Assembly (NCBI GenBank): GCA_039804105.1
Contig: JBDRZU010000001.1
Span: 1,218,602-1,282,601, forward strand
Length of the DNA: 64,000 nucleotides
Direction: 5' to 3'
DNA from: a candidate division WOR-3 bacterium
GTDB taxonomy: Bacteria > Hydrothermota > 32-111
The notes below the pieces were generated by a model that saw only the letters and a list, made by a program, of their open reading frames with translations, did not search any database and had not been told where the DNA came from. Positions within the stretch are counted from its first letter, which is position 1; the number at the start of each line of letters is the position of its first letter. This document shows positions 42,183 through 49,494 of this stretch, one piece after another. The position numbers and the translations under genes are program-made.

Positions 42183-43928
42183 ATGAAAGAGTTGTTATCT
42201 GGAAACGAGGCGGTTGCAAGAGGTGCTTTTGAAGGTGGAGTTCATTTTGCAACAGCATATCCTGGAACCCCATCAACAGAAATATTAGAAAATATGGCAA
42301 AATATAAAGAAGTCCATTCACAATGGTCTGTTAACGAAAAAACGGCACTTGAAACAGCAATAGGTGCTTCATTCGGCGGGATGAGATCTATTGTTGCGAT
42401 GAAACATGTTGGACTCAATGTTGCTGCCGATCCTTTATTTTCTGTTGGATATATTGGAGCGAAAGGTGGTCTTGTTATAGTGAGTGCAGATGACCCGGGG
42501 ATGCATTCTTCACAGAACGAGCAGGACAACAGGAATTATGCAAGATCGGCAAAGATTCCAATGCTTGAACCATCAGATTCTCAGGAAGCAAAAGATTTTA
42601 CGAAAATGGCTTTCGTTATCAGTGAAGAGTTTGATACTCCCGTTTTGCTCAGGTTAACAACGAGAATTTCACATTCAAAAAGTGTTGTTAAACTTGGAGA
42701 TAGAGAGGTTGTTCCTGTTAAAGGATATGAAAAGGATATAAAAAAGAACCTTATTCTTCCTGCACATGCAAGATTGCTTCACAAAAAGGTTGAGGAAAGG
42801 TTCAAAAAGTTGAAAGAACTTTCAAATGATTTTAAGTTTAATTTTATCGAATATAAAGATAAAAAAGTTGGAATAATAACATCTGGAATATCATACCAGT
42901 ACGCAAAAGAAGCGATGCCTGATGCTTCATTTCTAAAAATATCTTTAACATGGCCTTTACCTGAGGAGTTGATAAAAGAGTTTGCCAAAAATGTTCAAGT
43001 GTTATATGTTGTTGAAGAGAATGATCCCTTCCTTGAAACTGAGATAAAAGCGATGGGGATTGATGTTGTTGGAAAAGAGTTGATACCGGAAGTTGGGGAA
43101 CTCAATCCCTATATAGTAAAAGTTTCTCTTGGTGTAATTAAACCTTATACTCCAAAGAATGTTGAAGTTAAAGCACCACCAAGACCACCAGCACTCTGTC
43201 CTGGTTGTCCGCACACATCAGTTTTTTATGCGATAAACAAGAATAAACTTATCGCAACAGGTGATATTGGTTGCTATACACTTGGAGCACTTCCACCTCT
43301 TAATGCTATGGATACATGTGTTGATATGGGTGCATCTATAACAAACGCTATAGGTCTTGAATATGCTTTGAAAAAGGCAAATGATAACAGAAAGATTGTT
43401 GCAGTTATCGGTGATTCAACATTTTATCATTCAGGGATCACAGGTCTTATCGATATGATATATAATGGGTCCAAAGGAACAGTGATAATTCTTGATAATT
43501 CAATAACCGCAATGACAGGACACCAGGATAATCCAGGCACAGGAAAAACATTGATGGGAGAAGAAGCGCCAATAGTTGATATTGAAAAACTTGTGAGAGG
43601 TCTTGGAGTAAAAAATGTAAAGGTTATAGATACATATAACCTTGAAGAGGTCATGAAAACGATCAAAGAGGAAAGCGAAAAGGATGAACTTTCAGTTATA
43701 ATAGCAAAAAGACCATGTATGCTTTTACCTGACATGAAGAAGAAAAAGTTTGATAAATACGAGGTTGACCAGACAAAGTGCACCGGCTGTCAGATGTGCG
43801 TAAAGATTGGTTGTCCAGCAATATCTTTTGATAAAAAAGAAAAGAAAGCTAAAATCAATTATGATCTCTGTGTTGGTTGTTCACTATGTTTTCAGGTTTG
43901 CAAATTCAACGCTATCAAAAAAGTGTAA
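42183..43928 (+). CDS. iorA: Indolepyruvate:ferredoxin oxidoreductase alpha subunit
   Basis: 581 aa. TPP-binding GDIGCYT region and a C-terminal double 4Fe-4S ferredoxin motif (CTGCQMCVKIGCPA, CVGCSLCFQVC). Confidence 0.9.
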   Translation: MKELLSGNEAVARGAFEGGVHFATAYPGTPSTEILENMAKYKEVHSQWSVNEKTALETAIGASFGGMRSIVAMKHVGLNVAADPLFSVGYIGAKGGLVIVSADDPGMHSSQNEQDNRNYARSAKIPMLEPSDSQEAKDFTKMAFVISEEFDTPVLLRLTTRISHSKSVVKLGDREVVPVKGYEKDIKKNLILPAHARLLHKKVEERFKKLKELSNDFKFNFIEYKDKKVGIITSGISYQYAKEAMPDASFLKISLTWPLPEELIKEFAKNVQVLYVVEENDPFLETEIKAMGIDVVGKELIPEVGELNPYIVKVSLGVIKPYTPKNVEVKAPPRPPALCPGCPHTSVFYAINKNKLIATGDIGCYTLGALPPLNAMDTCVDMGASITNAIGLEYALKKANDNRKIVAVIGDSTFYHSGITGLIDMIYNGSKGTVIILDNSITAMTGHQDNPGTGKTLMGEEAPIVDIEKLVRGLGVKNVKVIDTYNLEEVMKTIKEESEKDELSVIIAKRPCMLLPDMKKKKFDKYEVDQTKCTGCQMCVKIGCPAISFDKKEKKAKINYDLCVGCSLCFQVCKFNAIKKV

Positions 43929-43937
43929 GGAGTTATT

Positions 43938-44522
43938 ATGGAAAATAAAAGAATAATAATCGCAGGTGTAGGTGGACAGGGAATACTGCTCGCTTCCGAT
44001 CTGTTGTCTGATGCTGCAATGAGAGCGGGTTTTGATGCAAAAAAATCTGAAGTTCATGGTATGAGCCAGAGAGGTGGAGATGTTGTGAGTCATATAGTTT
44101 TTGGTGAAAAGGTTTATTCTCCTCTGATCTCTTTTAACGAAGCGGATGTGATACTCTCCTTTGAACAGATCGAAGCGCTAAGAAACATAGATTTTTTGAA
44201 AGACGATGGAGTTATGATAATAAACACAACAAAAATATTGCCACTGCCGGTTGCTGCTGGACTTATGGATTATCCAGAGGATCCAATTGGAGAGGTGAAA
44301 AAATTTATCAAGAAAACCTATGTTGTTGATGCTGAAAAAATCGCAAAAGAGATAGGGAACATTAAGGTGATGAACGTGGTTCTTCTCGGTTTCCTTGCAA
44401 AGAACATAAAAGAGATTGAAAAAAAATATTGGGAAGAATCTTTGAAGGAAAGATTACCAGAAAAAGTTTTTGATATAAATTTACAGGCATTCAATAGAGG
44501 ATACAACTTAGAAGAGAAATGA
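43938..44522 (+). CDS. iorB: Indolepyruvate:ferredoxin oxidoreductase beta subunit
   Basis: 194 aa. GVGGQGILLAS motif. Lies immediately downstream of iorA. Confidence 0.85.
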   Translation: MENKRIIIAGVGGQGILLASDLLSDAAMRAGFDAKKSEVHGMSQRGGDVVSHIVFGEKVYSPLISFNEADVILSFEQIEALRNIDFLKDDGVMIINTTKILPLPVAAGLMDYPEDPIGEVKKFIKKTYVVDAEKIAKEIGNIKVMNVVLLGFLAKNIKEIEKKYWEESLKERLPEKVFDINLQAFNRGYNLEEK

Positions 44523-45730
44523 AAATAATCTATGGTGTTGCTGGTCATGGAAATGGACATATAACAAGAAGCACCTATGTGATAAATTTTCTTGAACAGC
44601 ATGGCTGTAAGGTGAAAATCCTTACCTATGGGCAGGGTATAAAATATTTAAACATTGTAAAAAAAGATGCTGACTTTCATGATATTTCAGGATTCGATAT
44701 AGTTTACAAAGATGGTGTTGTAAGAAATTACAGAACATTTTATGAATTTTTGAAAAAACTCCCTTTAAACACGACAAAACAATTCATATATTTTTTCAGA
44801 ATGCTTTATCAGTATAAACCTGATCTTGTGATTTCTGATTTTGAACCTTTTTCCCAGATATTTGCAAAAACAGTTGGAATACCACTTATCAATATTGACA
44901 ACAACATTACCGTTAACATTTTAAAAGAGATACCCGACAAAACATCCTTTACAGAAAAATATTTTACACAACTTGTGATAAACCTTTTTGAAAGAAAAGC
45001 AAACTACCATTTCATTCTATCATTCGCTGATAAATTTATAGAACTTCCAAAAGAATCAAAATATAAAATAATTGTTGTTCCACCGATTATAAGAAAAGAG
45101 GTTATAGAAGCAGCGAAAGAAAAAGAGGAGGGAGATTTTATCTTAATATATCAAACATCAACAAGTATGATTGAACAGATAAATAAAATCGTCTGGACTT
45201 TTCCAGATGTTAATTTCGTTTCATTCGGTTTAGATCTTGAGGATAGTAAAAATTTAAAGAAGGAGAACTTTTCCAAAGATGGATTTTTAAAAGCGTTATC
45301 CAAATGTAAAGGAGTTATAACAAACGGTGGTTTTTCTTTGATCACTGAAGCGATTTATTTAAAAAAGCCAATCTTTACGGTTCCAATCAAAGGACAGTAT
45401 GAACAGAGGGTAAACAGTTTTCTCGTTGAGAAAATGGGATATGGACTTTCATCTTTGAATTTTTCAATAGATGATTTTAAAAAGTTTTTAAATAATCTTG
45501 ATGATTACAAAAAAAATCTTGAGAACTATAAACAGGATGAAAACAGGGTCTTCGAATCAAAACTTTTAAAAATAATTTCCAGAATAGAACCTGGATCTTT
45601 GAACCGATTCTATGAGACAATATTTATAACTGTGATTCCAGTGATCCAGTTAAACCTGTTAAAATTTTTCTTTGCGAAAATTTTTCCGATTTACAAAAAG
45701 CAGATCAGAAGGTTAAGAAATTTAATTTAA
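44519..45730 (+). CDS. Glycosyltransferase (MJ1255/TIGR00661-like, GT28 C-terminal type)
   Basis: 403 aa. N-terminus IIYGVAGHGNGHITRS is characteristic of this GT-B family. Confidence 0.7.
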   Translation: MKIIYGVAGHGNGHITRSTYVINFLEQHGCKVKILTYGQGIKYLNIVKKDADFHDISGFDIVYKDGVVRNYRTFYEFLKKLPLNTTKQFIYFFRMLYQYKPDLVISDFEPFSQIFAKTVGIPLINIDNNITVNILKEIPDKTSFTEKYFTQLVINLFERKANYHFILSFADKFIELPKESKYKIIVVPPIIRKEVIEAAKEKEEGDFILIYQTSTSMIEQINKIVWTFPDVNFVSFGLDLEDSKNLKKENFSKDGFLKALSKCKGVITNGGFSLITEAIYLKKPIFTVPIKGQYEQRVNSFLVEKMGYGLSSLNFSIDDFKKFLNNLDDYKKNLENYKQDENRVFESKLLKIISRIEPGSLNRFYETIFITVIPVIQLNLLKFFFAKIFPIYKKQIRRLRNLI

Positions 45731-46110
45731 TCTCTCAACAAATCTTTCAACTTTTCAATTTTTTTGTTATACCAGAAAATTGCGTTTTCATAATCTCCAA
45801 GCATCTCGTAGACCTTTGCTATTTCATCTTCTGTGTATTCTATTATTTTTTCACTTTTCTTTTCATCATCTTTATTTTTTATTCTATCAAGAATTTTTTT
45901 CACTTCATCCGTTGCAAAATTTTTTTCTAAAAGTGAAAAACATAAATCTTTTGCTCTTCTGTAAAGACCAAGACCTTCGAATGCAATTATTTTGTAGAAT
46001 GTTATACCGGGATCATTGTTTTCTTTTTCGAGTTCCTCCAGTATCTCGAGTGCTTCTTTGAAGAGTCCCTGTTGCAAATAGATTTTTGCAGCAGTTAATG
46101 TTTTGAACAT
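45727..46110 (-). CDS. TPR-repeat protein
   Basis: 127 aa, helical, with TPR-like repeats (AKIYLQQGLFKEALEILEEL...). Confidence 0.55.
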   Translation of the reverse strand: MFKTLTAAKIYLQQGLFKEALEILEELEKENNDPGITFYKIIAFEGLGLYRRAKDLCFSLLEKNFATDEVKKILDRIKNKDDEKKSEKIIEYTEDEIAKVYEMLGDYENAIFWYNKKIEKLKDLLRD

Positions 46111-46112
46111 TA

Positions 46113-46325
46113 TTATATTTCTCTCTGTTGTTCTTCTGTTCCGTTATAACAATAGGAATGAAATTTGTATTTTTTTTCAATGTGATGTTTACATTTTATA
46201 CATAAACATTTTTCTGGATTTATATTTTCAAATATGTTAAAAAACTCTTCACAGAAAAACTTTGAATTTGAATCCTTTTTGAAATTTGCACATTTAACGC
46301 ATAAACACTCTTGTTTTTTATTCAT
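46113..46325 (-). CDS. Small cysteine-rich protein with internal CxCxKC duplication
   Basis: 70 aa. ECLCVKC...FFC and KCLCIKC...SYC form two similar Cys clusters, a possible double zinc knuckle. Confidence 0.45.
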   Translation of the reverse strand: MNKKQECLCVKCANFKKDSNSKFFCEEFFNIFENINPEKCLCIKCKHHIEKKYKFHSYCYNGTEEQQREI

Positions 46326-46394
46326 AAATGAACTCCTTTTTAAAATTATAAAATCTAATAAAAAAAATACAATATAAAAAAATAAAAAAAACTC

Positions 46395-46422
46395 TTGAAA
46401 AAAAATTTTTTTGTGATATAAA
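46395..46422 (+). promoter_or_regulatory. sigma70-type extended -10 promoter of the small Lys-rich peptide gene
   Basis: TTGAAA (46395-46400), 16-nt spacer ending TGA, TATAAA (46417-46422). Confidence 0.55.
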
Positions 46423-46455
46423 TTTTTTAGAAACCTTTAACAAGTAGGAGGGACA

Positions 46456-46521
46456 ATGCCAGCAAAGAAAACTGCAAAGAAGCCAGCGAAAAAGGCAGCA
46501 AAAAAGACAACAAAGAAGTAA
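46456..46521 (+). CDS. 21-aa lysine/alanine-rich basic peptide (MPAKKTAKKPAKKAAKKTTKK), absent from the ORF track
   Basis: Hand translation. AGGAGGG RBS (46446-46452), own promoter upstream and a strong intrinsic terminator downstream. Confidence 0.6.
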   Translation: MPAKKTAKKPAKKAAKKTTKK

Positions 46522-46536
46522 GCAGCGGGAAAGAGT

Positions 46537-46567
46537 AGAGCCGGTCGATGACCGGCTCTTTTTTTTG
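46537..46567 (+). terminator. Rho-independent terminator
   Basis: AGAGCCGGTC-gat-GACCGGCTCT is a perfect 10-bp GC-rich stem followed by T8. Confidence 0.85.
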
Positions 46568-46579
46568 AGGGAGGTTTTT

Positions 46580-47608
46580 GTGAAAGAGATTGTTGTTCTT
46601 CATAACAAAAAAAGAATTGAAAAATTTTTCGGAAAAAATTCTTTAACAAAAATTCAGGATACTCTTGTTTCGCTTCTTGATAATCTTACTTTTATAGATG
46701 TTGAAGATGGAAATGAAAGGAAAGTGAAAAAGTATATTTTTGAAGAGTTGAAGGATTCTATACTGATTGTAATTGGAAACGATAATCTTTTTCCCTTTCA
46801 CAGAATAAAATCTCCAATAGATGATGGAGATGGAATGATCTTAACTGACAATTTTTTTGTTTGTGATGATAAAGATTTGCTTCTACCTGAAATCGAAATC
46901 ACAAGAGTTCCAAATTCGATGGATGAAAAGATAGATTCGTTCCTAACAAAAATTGAAAAAATTTTTTCAACGAAAAACATTAGAGTTTGTGAGAAAAATG
47001 GAATAACTGCTGAAATTTGGAAAAAAGCATCATTTGAAGTTTTTAATAAAATAAAAGGTCAGGGAGAGATTTTGATTTCACCACCTTTTGAAGTTTCTCA
47101 AAAGTACGAGTTTAAAAATTTTTCCGGTTCATTTTATTTTAACCTACATGGAAGCGATCAACTTCCTGGATGGTATGGACAGAGAGCAAGAAACTCTGAT
47201 TATAAAGAGGAATATCCTTTAGCACTACTTCCAAAAAGTTTAGAAAGTGGAATTAAAAATTCTTTTTTCTTTTCTGAAGCGTGTTTTGGTGGTTATGTTT
47301 ACAACAAGAAAGAAAAAGATTCTATTGTTTTATCAGCGTTAAAAAATTCATTTTTGTTCTGTGCATGTTCGACAGCAACCGCTTATGGACCACTCTATCC
47401 CCCTTCAAGTGAGGCGGATCTTTTAGCAAAATTATTTTTTGAAAATCTACAAAGAGGTCAGAGATCATCACTTGCTTTCTTAAATGCTAAGAAAGATTTT
47501 ATCCGATTGAATATTGAAAAAAATAAATATCTTGATGATGATGATAAAAAAACGATAATCGAATTTACTCTCTATGGTAATCCTTTAGTGGAGGTCTCTT
47601 ATGAATAA
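46580..47608 (+). CDS. Hypothetical protein with a possible clan-CD (caspase/gingipain-like) His-Cys dyad
   Basis: The ORF-track frame begins at 46565. The likely start is the GTG at 46580, after GGGAGG. NLHGS and SEACFGG resemble the H-G / A-C catalytic motifs of clan CD cysteine peptidases. This is inference only. Confidence 0.35.
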   Translation: MKEIVVLHNKKRIEKFFGKNSLTKIQDTLVSLLDNLTFIDVEDGNERKVKKYIFEELKDSILIVIGNDNLFPFHRIKSPIDDGDGMILTDNFFVCDDKDLLLPEIEITRVPNSMDEKIDSFLTKIEKIFSTKNIRVCEKNGITAEIWKKASFEVFNKIKGQGEILISPPFEVSQKYEFKNFSGSFYFNLHGSDQLPGWYGQRARNSDYKEEYPLALLPKSLESGIKNSFFFSEACFGGYVYNKKEKDSIVLSALKNSFLFCACSTATAYGPLYPPSSEADLLAKLFFENLQRGQRSSLAFLNAKKDFIRLNIEKNKYLDDDDKKTIIEFTLYGNPLVEVSYE

Positions 47609-47861
47609 GAAAGAGTTAAAAAATATTGTTAATGAATATGTTGAGAAAAACTATAAAGAATTTTTTGAACTGAAACCAAAAATAAAAGAGATTGATACAG
47701 ATATAGAATCTTTTCAAAAGAGATTGAAAATAAAAGCAAAACCTGTAAAACAGAAACTCTATTCGTTTGTCTATGTTAAGGATGAGAAGCCATTCAAGAA
47801 AATATTAAAACTAACTGTTGATGAGAATGGATCAATAATAAAAGTGGTAGCAAGCAGATAA
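47601..47861 (+). CDS. Hypothetical small protein, coupled to the preceding gene
   Basis: 86-aa ORF overlapping the upstream gene by 8 nt. No family recognised. Confidence 0.45.
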   Translation: MNKKELKNIVNEYVEKNYKEFFELKPKIKEIDTDIESFQKRLKIKAKPVKQKLYSFVYVKDEKPFKKILKLTVDENGSIIKVVASR

Positions 47862-47970
47862 AGATTTTGCAAATTTTAATACCTTTTTTAATAAGATCTA
47901 AAAATTATTATTTTTTTGTATTATGAATATATCTTCTATCTTATTAATTTTTTATATGTTGCAAAAAAAA

Positions 47971-47994
47971 GTCAAAAAGTCAAGCACCGTCCCC
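47971..47994 (+). repeat. Conserved intergenic motif, copy c (forward)
   Basis: GTCAAAAAGTCAAGCACCGTCCCC, preceded by TTTTTTATATGTTGCAAAAAAAA. That upstream flank is shared with copy d. Confidence 0.95.
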
Positions 47995-48094
47995 AAATTT
48001 AAAAAAAATTTTATTGTAAAATTTTTTGATTATCCATTTTGCTCGATTTTTAATTATGTAGAGTTAATAATTGGTATGAAAAGAAATTTGTCAG

Positions 48095-48122
48095 TTGACT
48101 CAATTGAATAGCGAGTTATAAT
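48095..48122 (+). promoter_or_regulatory. sigma70-type promoter of the two-gene cassette (near-leaderless)
   Basis: TTGACT (48095-48100), 16-nt spacer, TATAAT (48117-48122). The ATG at 48132 is 9 nt after the -10 box and has no Shine-Dalgarno sequence. Confidence 0.55.
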
Positions 48123-48131
48123 ATTTAAATT

Positions 48132-48329
48132 ATGATAAAAAACAAAGAAAAATTCTTTAAATTTGAAAAAAAATTAATTAAAAAAACAAAATATAATGTA
48201 AAAAAAAATTTTGAAATTTTTGAAACACTAAAAAGATACTATATTTTATTAGGGAGAAAACAATCGAATAAAGTAAATAGCATTGAACCAAAAATCAGAA
48301 TCGCCAGAGTATTAAATGAAAAAAAATAA
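48132..48329 (+). CDS. Small basic hypothetical protein (possible partner of the downstream nucleotidyltransferase-fold protein)
   Basis: 65-aa ORF overlapping the next gene by 14 nt. Confidence 0.4.
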   Translation: MIKNKEKFFKFEKKLIKKTKYNVKKNFEIFETLKRYYILLGRKQSNKVNSIEPKIRIARVLNEKK

Positions 48330-48873
48330 AAATCTCCTCTCCAGAATTGGAAAAGCACTCGATAAATTCGGAATAGATTATATGGTTATTGGTGGACAAG
48401 CGGTATTGTTATATGGAGAACCTCGTTTTACAAGAGATATTGATATTGTTATAGGAATTACCCCATCAAAAAAAGAAAAAATATTTGATTTGGTTAAAGA
48501 ATTGAAATTAAAAATTATAGTAAAAAATCCAGAGAAGTTTATAAAAGAAACCTATGTTTTACCTTGTGAATCTTCTTTAGATGTTATGAGAGTTGATTTT
48601 ATTTTTTCAGATTCCGAGTTTGAAAAGAATGCTTTAAAAAGGGTAAGAGTAAAAAAAATTGATGATTGCAAAGTAAAATTTGCTTCTATTGAAGACATTA
48701 TAATTTTAAAAATAGTTGCTGGCAGAGAAAGGGATCTTGAAGATGTTTACAACATTTTGTTAAAAAATAAAACAGTTGATTACAATTATATTTATAAATC
48801 TTTGAAGTTTTTTGAAACTATATTAAATACAGATTTATCATCAATTTTTAAAAATATCGTCTCCCGTACTTAA
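48316..48873 (+). CDS. Nucleotidyltransferase-fold protein (minimal NTase-like)
   Basis: 185 aa. VIGGQAVLLYGEPRFTRDIDIVI resembles the G-x-A...G..R.T.D.D core of small NTase-fold families found in toxin-antitoxin-like pairs. Confidence 0.5.
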   Translation: MKKNKNLLSRIGKALDKFGIDYMVIGGQAVLLYGEPRFTRDIDIVIGITPSKKEKIFDLVKELKLKIIVKNPEKFIKETYVLPCESSLDVMRVDFIFSDSEFEKNALKRVRVKKIDDCKVKFASIEDIIILKIVAGRERDLEDVYNILLKNKTVDYNYIYKSLKFFETILNTDLSSIFKNIVSRT

Positions 48874-48967
48874 TACTCATAATTTTATATTTTCCTAAGA
48901 AATAATGAAGTATTTTTCTTTAATAAATTACATAAAAAAATTTATTTTTTTATATGTTGCAAAAAAA

Positions 48968-48990
48968 GTCAAAAAGTCAAGCACCGTCCC
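48968..48990 (+). repeat. Conserved intergenic motif, copy d (forward)
   Basis: GTCAAAAAGTCAAGCACCGTCCC followed by T, with the same upstream flank as copy c. Confidence 0.95.
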
Positions 48991-49011
48991 TAAAAATTTA
49001 ACAAGCACCTT

Positions 49012-49073
49012 TCCTGAAAATTTAAATAATCGGTAGGCGCAACCTTCAGGTTGCGCAAATTCTGTATGCTAAA
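49012..49073 (+). ncRNA. GC-rich nested stem-loop followed by a T-run (terminator or small structured RNA)
   Basis: The outer stem GGTAGGC (49012-49018) / GCCTACC (49060-49066) encloses the hairpin GCAACC-ttca-GGTTGC (49019-49034). ATTTTTTGTTTTTT follows. The element is conspicuous in AT-rich intergenic DNA. Confidence 0.35.
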
Positions 49074-49331
49074 GCCTGAGCCTACCATTTTTTGTTTTTT
49101 ATAGATTTTTACAAACAAGAATTCAAATCTAAAAAATTTCCAAATGTCATATTCTTCTTAGTGATTATGAATTATTATTGGTTAATTTTTTTAAGAAATA
49201 ATTGTTTTGAGTGATTTTAAATAAGAGTGAAGTGAAAACTGGTGAAAAAAAGAGTTATTTTTGTTAATAATGTGAAGTTAGAAGAGGAATTGAAGAATAA
49301 AAACTAGCAATAAAATATAGAGATAAGGGTA

Positions 49332-49360
49332 TTGACATAAAAGAAAGAAGTTGCTAATAT
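49332..49360 (+). promoter_or_regulatory. sigma70-type promoter of the 1258-aa LVIVD gene
   Basis: TTGACA (49332-49337), 17-nt spacer, TAATAT (49355-49360). This implies a purine-rich leader of about 130 nt. Confidence 0.5.
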
Positions 49361-49494
49361 AAATTTAAATAGTTGACATTAAATAGAAAGGGGAAATAGA
49401 AATAATAGAAGGGAAGAATTTTGGATAGTAGATATATAGAGAGAAGTGGAAAGATGGATAGAGAGAAAAAGGATAAAAATAAATGGGGGGTTAG

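Noticed and set aside
46437-46649. 70-aa reverse-strand ORF (…FFAAFFAGFFAVFFAG…).
   Set aside because: It is the antisense reading of the Lys-rich micro-gene and its terminator. The plus strand has the promoter, RBS and terminator.
49479-49494. G6 tract in the RBS region of the LVIVD gene, considered as a second phase-variation switch.
   Set aside because: Six Gs is short for slippage. The tract lies outside the reading frame and probably is the Shine-Dalgarno element itself. There is no evidence of frame disruption.
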